Positions 31,797-39,597 of a DNA stretch of 64,000 bases are shown here, one piece after another. A model generated the notes under the pieces. It was not told the origin of the DNA and ran no database searches. It saw only the letters and a list, made by a program, of their open reading frames with translations. The translations under genes were made by a program, and so were the position numbers. The stretch lies in sequence record MN871440.1. One strand, 5' to 3'. The number at the start of each line of letters is the position of its first letter. Position 1 is the stretch's first letter.

Positions 31797-32486
31797 ATGC
31801 TTCTTGGAATACACGGTAAGAAACGGAGCGGCAAAGATACTGCCGCTCGTTTTGTTAGAAATTACGAAGTTGATATTGGTGGCAATGCAGAGATTTATTC
31901 TCTGGCGTTTCCTATTAAGCTCGCATTGAATTTTGGCATCGGTAGAACAATCGGTCTTACATTCGATGATTTCGATGGAAAAACTAATGTCAATCGAGAC
32001 ACTGATTTGTTTACTATTGATTTCGGTATGATGCTTGATTGTCTCAGATATTTGCATCTGTCATATAACAGAATGGAAATCGAAGACTGGTATAAAGCTT
32101 GTGAGATCGCGGAGAAACTCGATTATAACGAGCCTTGGACCATTCGTCAGATGATGCAGACTCTAGGCACCGATATCATGGTACAAGTCAAGACTAATTA
32201 CTGGCTTATACCGCTAATGAAAGAGTCACTAAATAAAGATATAATTATTCCTGATGTTCGTCAGACTCATGAAATTGAGTTCATACGCAATAACGGGAGT
32301 ATGATGTTTGTTTATCGCGACACAAAACTGTGTGATAATCACATTACAGAACGGGGATTAGATCCGTTAGAACATGAACCAATCATTCACAATGATGCCG
32401 ATTTGACGTCATTTTGTGAGAAAGTCTTAACTACATATAAGGAATTGAAATGCAAGAACAAGTTCAACAACTGCAAGCACAACTGA
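31797..32486 (+). CDS. 1: deoxynucleoside monophosphate kinase gp1
   Basis: GIHGKKRSGKDT P-loop; RQMMQTLGTD; IIPDVRQTHE. Confidence 0.95.
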   Translation: MLLGIHGKKRSGKDTAARFVRNYEVDIGGNAEIYSLAFPIKLALNFGIGRTIGLTFDDFDGKTNVNRDTDLFTIDFGMMLDCLRYLHLSYNRMEIEDWYKACEIAEKLDYNEPWTIRQMMQTLGTDIMVQVKTNYWLIPLMKESLNKDIIIPDVRQTHEIEFIRNNGSMMFVYRDTKLCDNHITERGLDPLEHEPIIHNDADLTSFCEKVLTTYKELKCKNKFNNCKHN

Positions 32487-32683
32487 ACAGTCTGAAAGTT
32501 CGTCTGTTTGATGCTCAAGAAGCTCGCACTCAAGAATCTGAGTTTTATCAAGGTTTCTTCGCCCAACTGGCTAAAGAGCTGGGACTGGAAGGCGAAGCTG
32601 CAACTCAACCGGAAGCATATCTGGCTAAGATTGCAGAGCTGAAAGCTCCGAAAGCAGTTGAAGGCGAGCTGGTAAGCGAGTAA
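32450..32683 (+). CDS. 57A: tail fibre chaperone gp57A
   Basis: Coiled coil LKVRLFDAQE; position. Confidence 0.85.
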   Translation: MQEQVQQLQAQLNSLKVRLFDAQEARTQESEFYQGFFAQLAKELGLEGEAATQPEAYLAKIAELKAPKAVEGELVSE

Positions 32684-32684
32684 T

Positions 32685-33182
32685 ATGATGCTGTCGTTTT
32701 CAGAATTCACTGAGACGACGGAGCAAAAAGAAACGCGAGGCACTTATGTAGCAGTTCGTTACAAGCCTCGCACTGCTATGGCTATTGTTAGAAGATGTCG
32801 CGAAATGGGTATCCCTAATCTGGTACCCTATGATAAGATGCACACCACGTTGGTTTACTCCAGAAAATACTTGCCTGATTTCAAAGCGTATGGTACTATG
32901 GAAAAAACGTTGCAAGGTGTCATGATTCCTGATATCTTCGAAACACAAAGCGGCAAACGTGCTCTTGTGCTAAAGCTCACAGACCCTTGGTTTGGCGCTA
33001 GACACAAAGAGATCAGAGAGAAACATGGGGCAACTCATGATTATCCTGATTATCATCCACACATTACCGCTAGTTATGATGTTGGCCCTGATTTTGTTTT
33101 GCCAAAGTCGTTTACAATCGATTACAACTTGCGTATACTTGAAGAGTATACAGAAGATTTAAATTTTGACTGGAGTCCTTGA
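32685..33182 (+). CDS. 57B: gp57B (2H phosphoesterase fold)
   Basis: GTYVAVR; HTTLVYS and PHITASY (two HxT motifs). Confidence 0.9.
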   Translation: MMLSFSEFTETTEQKETRGTYVAVRYKPRTAMAIVRRCREMGIPNLVPYDKMHTTLVYSRKYLPDFKAYGTMEKTLQGVMIPDIFETQSGKRALVLKLTDPWFGARHKEIREKHGATHDYPDYHPHITASYDVGPDFVLPKSFTIDYNLRILEEYTEDLNFDWSP

Positions 33183-33197
33183 TTCCAGTCTATTAGA

Positions 33198-33315
33198 ACA
33201 CATTGTCGGGGCGTAGCTCAGACGGATAGAGCAAGTGCCTTCTTATGAACTTTTACGAGAGCACATAAGAAGCACTCGGTCGCTGGTTCGAATCCAGTCG
33301 CCTCGACAATGTGTT
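33198..33315 (+). ncRNA. tRNA-Arg(UCU)-like RNA with a 26-nt anticodon insertion and extended acceptor stem
   Basis: D arm, T arm and acceptor stem intact (33205-33308); AGTGC-CT-TCT-[26 nt]-AA-GCACT; no CCA. Confidence 0.75.
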
Positions 33316-33398
33316 TTACACAACAGAAAAAGTCGCGTCGGAACTGACACTCGTAAAGTCCAATTTTATACAAGAGAGTTCCGGACGCGCATTATTTT

Positions 33399-33480
33399 GG
33401 GAGATTGGTGTAATTGGTAGCCGCAGTGGATTCAAAATCTACCGTCTTCTGACGTACCGGTTCGAGTCCGGTATCTCCCA
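33399..33480 (+). tRNA. tRNA-Leu(CAA)
   Basis: Cloverleaf, GTGGA-TT-CAA-AA-TCTAC, long variable arm; CCA not encoded. Confidence 0.9.
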
Positions 33481-33488
33481 CGAATTTC

Positions 33489-33573
33489 GCGGATATGGCG
33501 TAATCGGTAGCCGCAGGGGATTTAAAATCCCAAGTCTTCGGGCGTGTGGGTTCGAGTCCCACTATCCGCACCA
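33489..33573 (+). tRNA. tRNA-Leu(TAA)
   Basis: Cloverleaf, TT-TAA-AA loop, CCA. Confidence 0.92.
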
Positions 33574-33594
33574 AACAAAAAAGAGATTGACACG

Positions 33595-33831
33595 TTGAAA
33601 TTGATCTGTATACTAGACCAAGATGAAGACGGAACCTTTAGCGGTCGCGTCTACGGTTTAAACGGCATCTGTATCTTTGCAGGTGAACGTCATGAATACC
33701 CGAGTGTTGTCGCGCTAGAAGCTGCGAACGCTCACATCGAAATGTCAAAGGAAATGAATTTTAAAGTTTTCGTTGACGACAACGTTGGAATCATTCAGAA
33801 TGACCAACACGTATTTTCTATAACTGTTTAA
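33595..33831 (+). CDS. hypothetical protein
   Basis: ORF; TTG start inferred. Confidence 0.55.
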   Translation: MKLICILDQDEDGTFSGRVYGLNGICIFAGERHEYPSVVALEAANAHIEMSKEMNFKVFVDDNVGIIQNDQHVFSITV

Positions 33832-33840
33832 GGAATTATA

Positions 33841-34230
33841 ATGTCTCGTTTTATCGTATCTCCGGTTGCTGGTAACATCACTCGTTTCGTAGTCAACTCC
33901 GAAAAAGTAGTTGGTCTGGTTAAAACTCACGGCGGTCAGACTCTAATCACTGTTAAAGTTGAAGGTCAACTGCCGACTGTTTATCAAGTTGCCGAGAAGT
34001 TCGAAGATCTGGCACTCAAGCTGAAAGACTGCTTTATCAAACGAACTGTTGTTACTCCGGTCGAAAGTCGCGGTGTCGCCAAGTTCGTTGTGAATGCCGA
34101 AAAGATCGTCGGTCTGCATGAAAACGTGCAAGGCGAAGTTATGCTGAGTATTCGCGTCGCTGAGTTCGAGCGTCCGACCCGTCTGATGATTGAAGAATCC
34201 ATCGACGCTGTTCTGGAAGCTATTGCTTAA
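33841..34230 (+). CDS. protein with two tandem FlbD/SwrD-like repeats
   Basis: FVVNSEKVVGL... and FVVNAEKIVGL...EESIDAVLEAI; strong RBS; followed by a terminator. Confidence 0.55.
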   Translation: MSRFIVSPVAGNITRFVVNSEKVVGLVKTHGGQTLITVKVEGQLPTVYQVAEKFEDLALKLKDCFIKRTVVTPVESRGVAKFVVNAEKIVGLHENVQGEVMLSIRVAEFERPTRLMIEESIDAVLEAIA

Positions 34231-34238
34231 CAATTTGG

Positions 34239-34262
34239 AAGCCCCTTAACTGGGGCTTTTTT
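34239..34262 (+). terminator. intrinsic terminator
   Basis: AAGCCCC-TTAACT-GGGGCTTTTTT. Confidence 0.8.
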
Positions 34263-34286
34263 GTAACTTATCAAAGGGAAAATATC

Positions 34287-35390
34287 GTGGGTTCTTTCAA
34301 TACTATTTGTGGTGTCAGTCGTCATATCGTGACTTGTGGTGAGCCGGTTGTTTTACTCGCGCTTGTCTGTCACGGCGAAACAATTCCAGCCGCTCCGGGT
34401 TGCTATAACTGGGATCGATACCAGCTTGCCATGCATCTTCCACTGTATGCGACTTATGATGACTATGGCAACTTCGATATCGAAGACAACGACGCATATC
34501 AAGCGTTTCAAGACATGGTAAAGACGCATATCGTTTGTGACGAAGATCGCAAGATCAACATTGATGATCTGTTTGATCCGAACAAGCTGATTTATCAGGA
34601 CTTAATGCACGAGGAACAATTGTTTATTCAACCGGCTTCCTCGTTTATGGGTTCAAAGAAATCGCCAGTCATGTTCATGGTAATCAAGCGCAAAGTCTAT
34701 GATCTGATGGTAGCGGAGTACGACCGCACATTGGAACAATCTTGGAACAAAGATTACGCTATCGAGTCTCACAAAAAGATTCGTGAAGTCTTCGCCAAGC
34801 TTGAAATTCGAGATCCAGATAAAAAACGCTTGACTAAAGAAGAATTACAGTTGAGAATGGAAGAAATCGAGAAAGCGCCTGAAATCATTCGTGCTGAACT
34901 GACAAATGATCTGTGTAATGAATATCTCAGTATGGGTTTCTCTTGGGAATACGATAGTGTTATCAACATTGGAATGGGTCCTTACTCTAAAAACAATTTG
35001 ACAAATCGTGTTATTAAATTCACTGCCGCTAATGCAGAGCTGCATATCGGACTTCGTAAGTTTGTTAGCATGTTGTGTGAACTTAACATCGAGTTTAACC
35101 CGCAGCAATACGGCAGTCAGGACAATGATCATCTTTATCACGCCGATCTGATGACTCGAATCGTGGTAGCTGGTGCTGAGAATGATCAGTCTCGCGAATA
35201 CCCGCTGAAAATTCATCCGAAATTAGTTGTTGACTTGAATGCGGATGCTGTGTCAGAATACGTATCAGCTAATAAGTGGAAAGAAAACCCGGATCTGATT
35301 CATGACGAGAACGGTAATCTTGTTCCGTCAATGAGGAAATACGGTGAGTTCAACGAGATTTCAAATATCGTGGAGTTCAAGGAGGTCTAA
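34287..35390 (+). CDS. hypothetical protein (367 aa)
   Basis: Long ORF, GTG start with RBS. Confidence 0.75.
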   Translation: MGSFNTICGVSRHIVTCGEPVVLLALVCHGETIPAAPGCYNWDRYQLAMHLPLYATYDDYGNFDIEDNDAYQAFQDMVKTHIVCDEDRKINIDDLFDPNKLIYQDLMHEEQLFIQPASSFMGSKKSPVMFMVIKRKVYDLMVAEYDRTLEQSWNKDYAIESHKKIREVFAKLEIRDPDKKRLTKEELQLRMEEIEKAPEIIRAELTNDLCNEYLSMGFSWEYDSVINIGMGPYSKNNLTNRVIKFTAANAELHIGLRKFVSMLCELNIEFNPQQYGSQDNDHLYHADLMTRIVVAGAENDQSREYPLKIHPKLVVDLNADAVSEYVSANKWKENPDLIHDENGNLVPSMRKYGEFNEISNIVEFKEV

Positions 35391-35465
35391 TCGTGAAAGA
35401 CGAATGGCCTGATTTCTAAGAGGTGGCTCGAAAGAGCCGCCATATTAATGCGATAACGTATTACT

Positions 35466-35792
35466 ATGGCTAATGAGGAAATGAAAATGAAAATTGATAA
35501 TCTGTTTGACTTTATGGACGCTTTGCGTAAGCAAGACGCACCGGAAGACTTTATCGACTCCGACGGTATTGATACCGCATTGGAAGAGGTCGTAAATTAT
35601 GAGCTGGGCAAACCAAATCATGGCAGTCGTCACTTCTACGGATACGGATACAAGCTTGACATGAACTGGATCACCGTTTACTATGAACAAGGTTGTTCTT
35701 GCTGCAACGAAAAGGAAGATTATTCAATCCCTTATCAAAAGTTGTGGGATCATCTTGTAAAAACAAATCGAGTTGTGGAGATTGAAGAATGA
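35466..35792 (+). CDS. hypothetical protein
   Basis: ORF. Confidence 0.65.
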   Translation: MANEEMKMKIDNLFDFMDALRKQDAPEDFIDSDGIDTALEEVVNYELGKPNHGSRHFYGYGYKLDMNWITVYYEQGCSCCNEKEDYSIPYQKLWDHLVKTNRVVEIEE

Positions 35793-35938
35793 AAACTGCC
35801 GCGATTCTGCCTAAGTCTGAGGCGATTGTTGATAAAGTGTTGGACTCTGAGTCTCGCTGGTATCAGGGTAGCTCCATTAACGTTACCAAACGTTCTGTAA
35901 CTCGCGCGAAAGAAGTGTATTCCTGCGAAACTCGTTAA
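35789..35938 (+). CDS. hypothetical protein (49 aa)
   Basis: ATGA-coupled ORF. Confidence 0.5.
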   Translation: MKTAAILPKSEAIVDKVLDSESRWYQGSSINVTKRSVTRAKEVYSCETR

Positions 35939-35965
35939 ATGTTTACTACTAAATAAAGGTGTAGT

Positions 35966-36190
35966 ATGATTAAGTTCTTGTTGATTACTTCGTTGTTCGT
36001 TAACTTTGGTACCAATTATGGCTCACATAGTCATGCAATTGAGAAGTTCGACACCGAAGCAGAGTGCAGAGCCGCGCTGAAAGTCGCGGAAGAAAATGCA
36101 CAAGATACATATGGCGAGAATCGCGTTGGATTCTTCGGTGGTCAAACCAAGTTCGAAGGTCAATGCAAGCCATATTATTACGACAAGTAA
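35966..36190 (+). CDS. small exported protein, probably late
   Basis: Hydrophobic N-terminus; CTAAATA at 35949. Confidence 0.6.
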   Translation: MIKFLLITSLFVNFGTNYGSHSHAIEKFDTEAECRAALKVAEENAQDTYGENRVGFFGGQTKFEGQCKPYYYDK

Positions 36191-36348
36191 AGATTTCGAG
36201 ATTCGAGAAACCGTAAGATCTTTCCGAGCATGTATTGGTGGCATCATGCTCGTATGAACGGGACCAGCGCCCACCTAGCTAGTTGACAGTAGACACTAAA
36301 TAACTTAGTGACAGTGGAACCCCTTGCGCTAACACTGTGATGCGGACT

Positions 36349-36456
36349 GTCTTTTTCTCGGTATGCCGTAAACCTAACGTGGAAGTGAACCCTTATTCGG
36401 TCTTCGGACTCAACCGGCAGTAGCATGAAACAATGTGGGGATATCGAGAAAAAGAT
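36349..36456 (+). ncRNA. structured ncRNA, family B copy 1
   Basis: 16-bp terminal stem; motifs shared with 39086-39216. Confidence 0.6.
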
Positions 36457-36526
36457 TGTTTACTCTATTAAAACACTGTGCTATCATTATCACATGCTCT
36501 TAAAGTAGAGCATAAATAAAAGATAG

Positions 36527-36555
36527 TTTACAGCGTTGATAAACCGTGATACAAT
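36527..36555 (+). promoter_or_regulatory. sigma70-like promoter
   Basis: TTTACA-17-TACAAT; predicted start coincides with the RNA at 36563. Confidence 0.75.
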
Positions 36556-36562
36556 CTTTATA

Positions 36563-36616
36563 AGGCTCCGTTCAGCAATCAAAACTTTTCTGCGGATGAA
36601 AAACAAAAGTGAGCCT
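36563..36616 (+). ncRNA. family A (helix + TTCAGCAA) RNA, copy 1
   Basis: AGGCTC-CG-TTCAGCAATC...AAAAGT-GAGCCT. Confidence 0.65.
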
Positions 36617-36644
36617 GTTAGAGTAAAGATTTAAGAAGTCTTTA

Positions 36645-36673
36645 TTTACAATCACTAAATAGTAGTGTATAGT
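36645..36673 (+). promoter_or_regulatory. sigma70-like promoter with an overlapping CTAAATA
   Basis: TTTACA-17-TATAGT. Confidence 0.7.
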
Positions 36674-36685
36674 AAACAAAGATAA

Positions 36686-36748
36686 AGAGTGATTTCAGCA
36701 ACCAACTTAAAAAGCCATTATTTTGAAATAGCCTATAAAGTTCACTCT
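36686..36748 (+). ncRNA. family A RNA, copy 2
   Basis: AGAGTGA-T-TTCAGCAACC...TAAAGT-TCACTCT. Confidence 0.65.
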
Positions 36749-36774
36749 GTTTCTTATTTGCAAGTTGTTATTTG

Positions 36775-36855
36775 GGAGACGTGGCTCAAAGGTTGAGCGA
36801 CGGACTGTTAATCCGTGAGGTTAACTCTATGCTGGTTCGAGTCCAGCCGTCTCCG
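36775..36855 (+). tRNA. tRNA-Asn(GTT) with a long variable arm
   Basis: ACGGA-CT-GTT-AA-TCCGT; 14-nt variable region; ends G-CAA. Confidence 0.88.
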
Positions 36856-36878
36856 CAAATAACAATTTACCGTGCTAC

Positions 36879-36985
36879 GGAAGATTTCAGCAAACCATTC
36901 GAATTTTTCTATTAACAAGAAAACAGTGAGGTTCGATTCCTCAACTCTCTAGCACAAGAGTCCAGGTGGCAGTTAAAAGTCTTCT
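36879..36985 (+). ncRNA. family A RNA, copy 3, with an internal T arm
   Basis: GGAAGA-T-TTCAGCAAACC...TGAGG-TTCGATT-CCTCA...AAAAG-TCTTCT. Confidence 0.7.
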
Positions 36986-36992
36986 AGTTTAT

Positions 36993-37067
36993 AGCCATGT
37001 AGCTCAGTGGTAGAGCACACCCCTGATAAGGGTGGGGTCGGCAGTTCAATCCTGCCCATGGCTACCA
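36993..37067 (+). tRNA. tRNA-Ile(GAT)
   Basis: Cloverleaf with CCA. Confidence 0.95.
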
Positions 37068-37073
37068 GTTTCT

Positions 37074-37150
37074 AGTGACGTAGTTTAGTTGGTTAAAATT
37101 CCGGCCTGTCACGTCGGAGAGCGCGGGTTCGAGCCCCGTCGTCACTGCCA
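37074..37150 (+). tRNA. tRNA-Asp(GTC)
   Basis: Cloverleaf with CCA. Confidence 0.95.
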
Positions 37151-37213
37151 GTTTCTACCTAGTAGGAAAAATGAACTTACCCGACAGTAGTTCAATGTTC
37201 TTTGAAAATGCAT

Positions 37214-37356
37214 GGATTCACTTCTGCAACCAATACAAAACTTCAAATCTACTATTAAAAGATAGCACTCCTTTACTTCGGTAGTTGGATGTGCGGCTGA
37301 GAGGGAACAGCAGGTAAAAGTAACGTGGGTTAGTCACCACTCCCGTATGTGAATCC
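37214..37356 (+). ncRNA. family A RNA, copy 4 (multi-hairpin)
   Basis: GGATTCAC-TTCTGCAACC...GTGAATCC. Confidence 0.55.
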
Positions 37357-37425
37357 GAAGACTTGCGTAGGTACTTGCATAAAGTGCCTATTCTAATGTA
37401 TACTTGCGAGTATCTATTAGAATTT

Positions 37426-37499
37426 GGGGGTTTAGCTCAGTTGGAACGAGCGACTGGTTTGCAACCAGTAGGTCAAGGGTTCGAGCCCCTTAACCTCCA
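37426..37499 (+). tRNA. tRNA-Ala(TGC)
   Basis: Cloverleaf; ends A-CAA. Confidence 0.93.
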
Positions 37500-37568
37500 C
37501 AAATTTTTAGAGTAGCTATCAGCTCACCGTTGAAAGAATACGGATAAGTCGGCTCGACTACTCGAAGT

Positions 37569-37642
37569 GCCTCATTGGTGTAGTGGTCACATACCGTCCT
37601 TCCAAGTCGTAGTGTCGGGTTCGATTCCCGAATGAGGCTCCA
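37569..37642 (+). tRNA. tRNA-Gly(TCC)
   Basis: Cloverleaf with CCA; weak anticodon stem. Confidence 0.85.
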
Positions 37643-37651
37643 ATTTAACAT

Positions 37652-37726
37652 GCGCAGGTAGCCAAGAGGTAAGGCAAGTGATTGCAAATCACTTTATCGT
37701 CTGTTCGATCCAGATCCTGTGCTCCA
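37652..37726 (+). tRNA. tRNA-Cys(GCA)
   Basis: Cloverleaf with U73-CCA. Confidence 0.95.
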
Positions 37727-37742
37727 AATTGAGAAATAAGTT

Positions 37743-38165
37743 ATGAGCGCACCTAGTTGGGCGCTGTTCATGAAGAACGGCGATTGTGTTGGACACTGCT
37801 TTATCAACTGCGGTTGGTTTCAAGATGATGTTCGAACACTGAGGCAGATCATTAGATATACAGAAACGCCTGAATGTCCTATTGACTTTGATAGCGTAAT
37901 CGCGTATGGTGTTGTCTATAGCGATGATTTGGAATTCGAACTTCTGAAAGCAGAAGAGACGGAAATCAAGTCTAAGCAGATTTCGGCGATTAAAAGACAA
38001 CAGTATTGGGATAAAGGAAATCAAGTGATCTTCAATAGACTTTCTGTTAGTCCTAGACTCGCTCCAAAGCTGATTGCTGATGAAATTTGCGGTGTTCAGC
38101 CTATGTCTGAACATACTTCGAAAATCTATACGCTAAGGGTTGACACCGATGTTGTTTCTTGCTAA
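37743..38165 (+). CDS. hypothetical protein
   Basis: ORF between tRNAs. Confidence 0.65.
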   Translation: MSAPSWALFMKNGDCVGHCFINCGWFQDDVRTLRQIIRYTETPECPIDFDSVIAYGVVYSDDLEFELLKAEETEIKSKQISAIKRQQYWDKGNQVIFNRLSVSPRLAPKLIADEICGVQPMSEHTSKIYTLRVDTDVVSC

Positions 38166-38175
38166 GATACGTTAT

Positions 38176-38349
38176 ATGAAAAGCGAATACATGGGATCAT
38201 CTAAGTCATTCGATACCATTAAGTTGGTAGAAGCGGAAGATGTGGATGATGCCGATTGTAAAGTTCGCGCACATTACAACGATAAAAGTTCGGATTACGG
38301 CACGTATTATTCCGTTCTTGATGTCACAATCGAAGCTCCTATTCTGTAG
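38176..38349 (+). CDS. hypothetical protein
   Basis: ORF. Confidence 0.55.
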   Translation: MKSEYMGSSKSFDTIKLVEAEDVDDADCKVRAHYNDKSSDYGTYYSVLDVTIEAPIL

Positions 38350-38356
38350 GTGAAAA

Positions 38357-38536
38357 ATGAATAAAGTAAGGTTTACAAAGCTTGAGGTTCAGCGTATGAT
38401 GGAACTCATGCAGATGCACGAAACGAACTTGATTGATGTTGAATATCAAAGCGGTTCAATCGGTACTGTAGTTAGTGCTAAAGCTGTCAAAGATGGAGCA
38501 AAGAGCGTTCCTATTACGGATTTTGATAGCTGGTAA
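38357..38536 (+). CDS. hypothetical protein (59 aa; not in the ORF track)
   Basis: AGGTG RBS; MNKVRFTKLEVQRMMELMQ... Confidence 0.55.
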   Translation: MNKVRFTKLEVQRMMELMQMHETNLIDVEYQSGSIGTVVSAKAVKDGAKSVPITDFDSW

Positions 38537-38542
38537 GAATAT

Positions 38543-38613
38543 AGGGGCGTAGCAAATCGGTTATGCGGCGGATTCCAAATCCGTTGAGGTGGGTTCGACT
38601 CCTACCGCCCCTG
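38543..38613 (+). tRNA. tRNA-Trp(CCA)
   Basis: GCGGA-TT-CCA-AA-TCCGT; ends G-CAA. Confidence 0.9.
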
Positions 38614-38622
38614 CAAAACAAT

Positions 38623-38698
38623 GCGCTGTTAGCTCAATTGGTAGAGCTGCGGACCTTTAACCGATAGGTTGGTGGATCATACCCACCACGGCGGACCA
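38623..38698 (+). pseudogene. degenerate tRNA-Lys(TTT)
   Basis: Good D arm and CCA, but the anticodon stem is out of register (apparent 1-nt deletion), T loop is ATCATAC and 1:72 is G-G. Confidence 0.7.
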
Positions 38699-38890
38699 AA
38701 TAGTCGAGTCAAGCAATAGGCTATATACTTATTGCGTGGCGATAGGCTATAAAAAGCGGTGATTGTTGTGTGGGGCGAATAACTTAAACGTTACTATTGA
38801 CACCAACGCGCTTCTTATACTGCGGCCTATATAGCGGTAGTATAAGTTAAATCAATATTATTGCCTCGGTATCGACTCTTGATACCGTAT

Positions 38891-38965
38891 AGTGAATTAG
38901 CTCAGTGGTAGAGCAAGTGCTTCATACGCACTGGGTCACTGGTTCGAATCCAGTATTCACTACCA
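38891..38965 (+). tRNA. tRNA-Met(CAT), elongator type
   Basis: Cloverleaf with CCA. Confidence 0.9.
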
Positions 38966-39012
38966 AATTCAATCGCGCTTAAACCTCTGACTCGTTACGT
39001 TTAAGCCTTCTC

Positions 39013-39085
39013 GGGGACGTAGATAACTTCATAATCGCAGGTCACTGGGATCTGAGATACGAGTGGAAATCCCGCCGTCTCCACC
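39013..39085 (+). ncRNA. degenerate tRNA-like RNA with CCA
   Basis: GGGGACG/CGTCTCC-A-CCA acceptor stem; non-canonical D and T arms; 5-nt central loop. Confidence 0.5.
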
Positions 39086-39216
39086 AAATTTAAGTGCATT
39101 GCCCTAACCTAAATGGGACGAGATAAGCCCTCGTATGTAGCTAAGAGCCGCAAGCTTGTGCGAACAAAGGCTAGTAGGTGGGAACCACCTGCGGGGATCG
39201 CGACAGTGCATTTAAA
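39086..39216 (+). ncRNA. structured ncRNA, family B copy 2
   Basis: 16-bp terminal stem AAATTTAAGTGCATTG/CAGTGCATTTAAATTT; internal hairpins. Confidence 0.65.
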
Positions 39217-39257
39217 TTTGGTACTAAATAGACTTGCTATTAAAGGAGTTTATAGAA

Positions 39258-39497
39258 ATGAGCAATGATTTAGACGCTCGCGCCAATCGTGGCTCGGGTA
39301 ATCAGTGTAGTGCAGCATGGTACAATGCCCCTTTGTGGAAGAACGTTGGACCGCTTGCTAGAAAGAAAGCTGCGGAAGCAGCAGAAAAAGAAAAACAAAA
39401 AGATGTTTACTCTACTGCGGAAACATGCGATAATGTCTCTGTTGTCGAAGAAGACTTAAAAGCAAAACAAAGACGATTGTTTAGTTTCGCTTACTGA
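39258..39497 (+). CDS. hypothetical protein, probably late
   Basis: AAGGAG RBS; CTAAATA at 39224. Confidence 0.6.
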   Translation: MSNDLDARANRGSGNQCSAAWYNAPLWKNVGPLARKKAAEAAEKEKQKDVYSTAETCDNVSVVEEDLKAKQRRLFSFAY

Positions 39498-39501
39498 CAG
39501 A

Positions 39502-39577
39502 TCTCCGTTCGTCTAGTGGACTAGGACACTGCCCTTTCACGGCGGTAACATGGATTCGAATTCCATACGGAGAACCA
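39502..39577 (+). tRNA. tRNA-Glu(TTC)
   Basis: Cloverleaf with CCA. Confidence 0.95.
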
Positions 39578-39597
39578 AATTGATTAGTGCGCTAAGA

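Noticed and set aside
35393-35473. Another TAA-interrupted gene after a strong RBS
   Set aside because: Readthrough would give only 26 codons and does not join the next ORF.
36563-37356. CRISPR array
   Set aside because: The repeated core is under 12 nt, spacing is irregular and the units are structured; no cas genes are present.
39086-39216. Twister, pistol or theta (HDV-like) ribozyme
   Set aside because: CCTAA and ATAAGCCC recall twister and pistol loops, but I could not find the required pseudoknot partners or catalytic junctions. Left as an unknown ncRNA.
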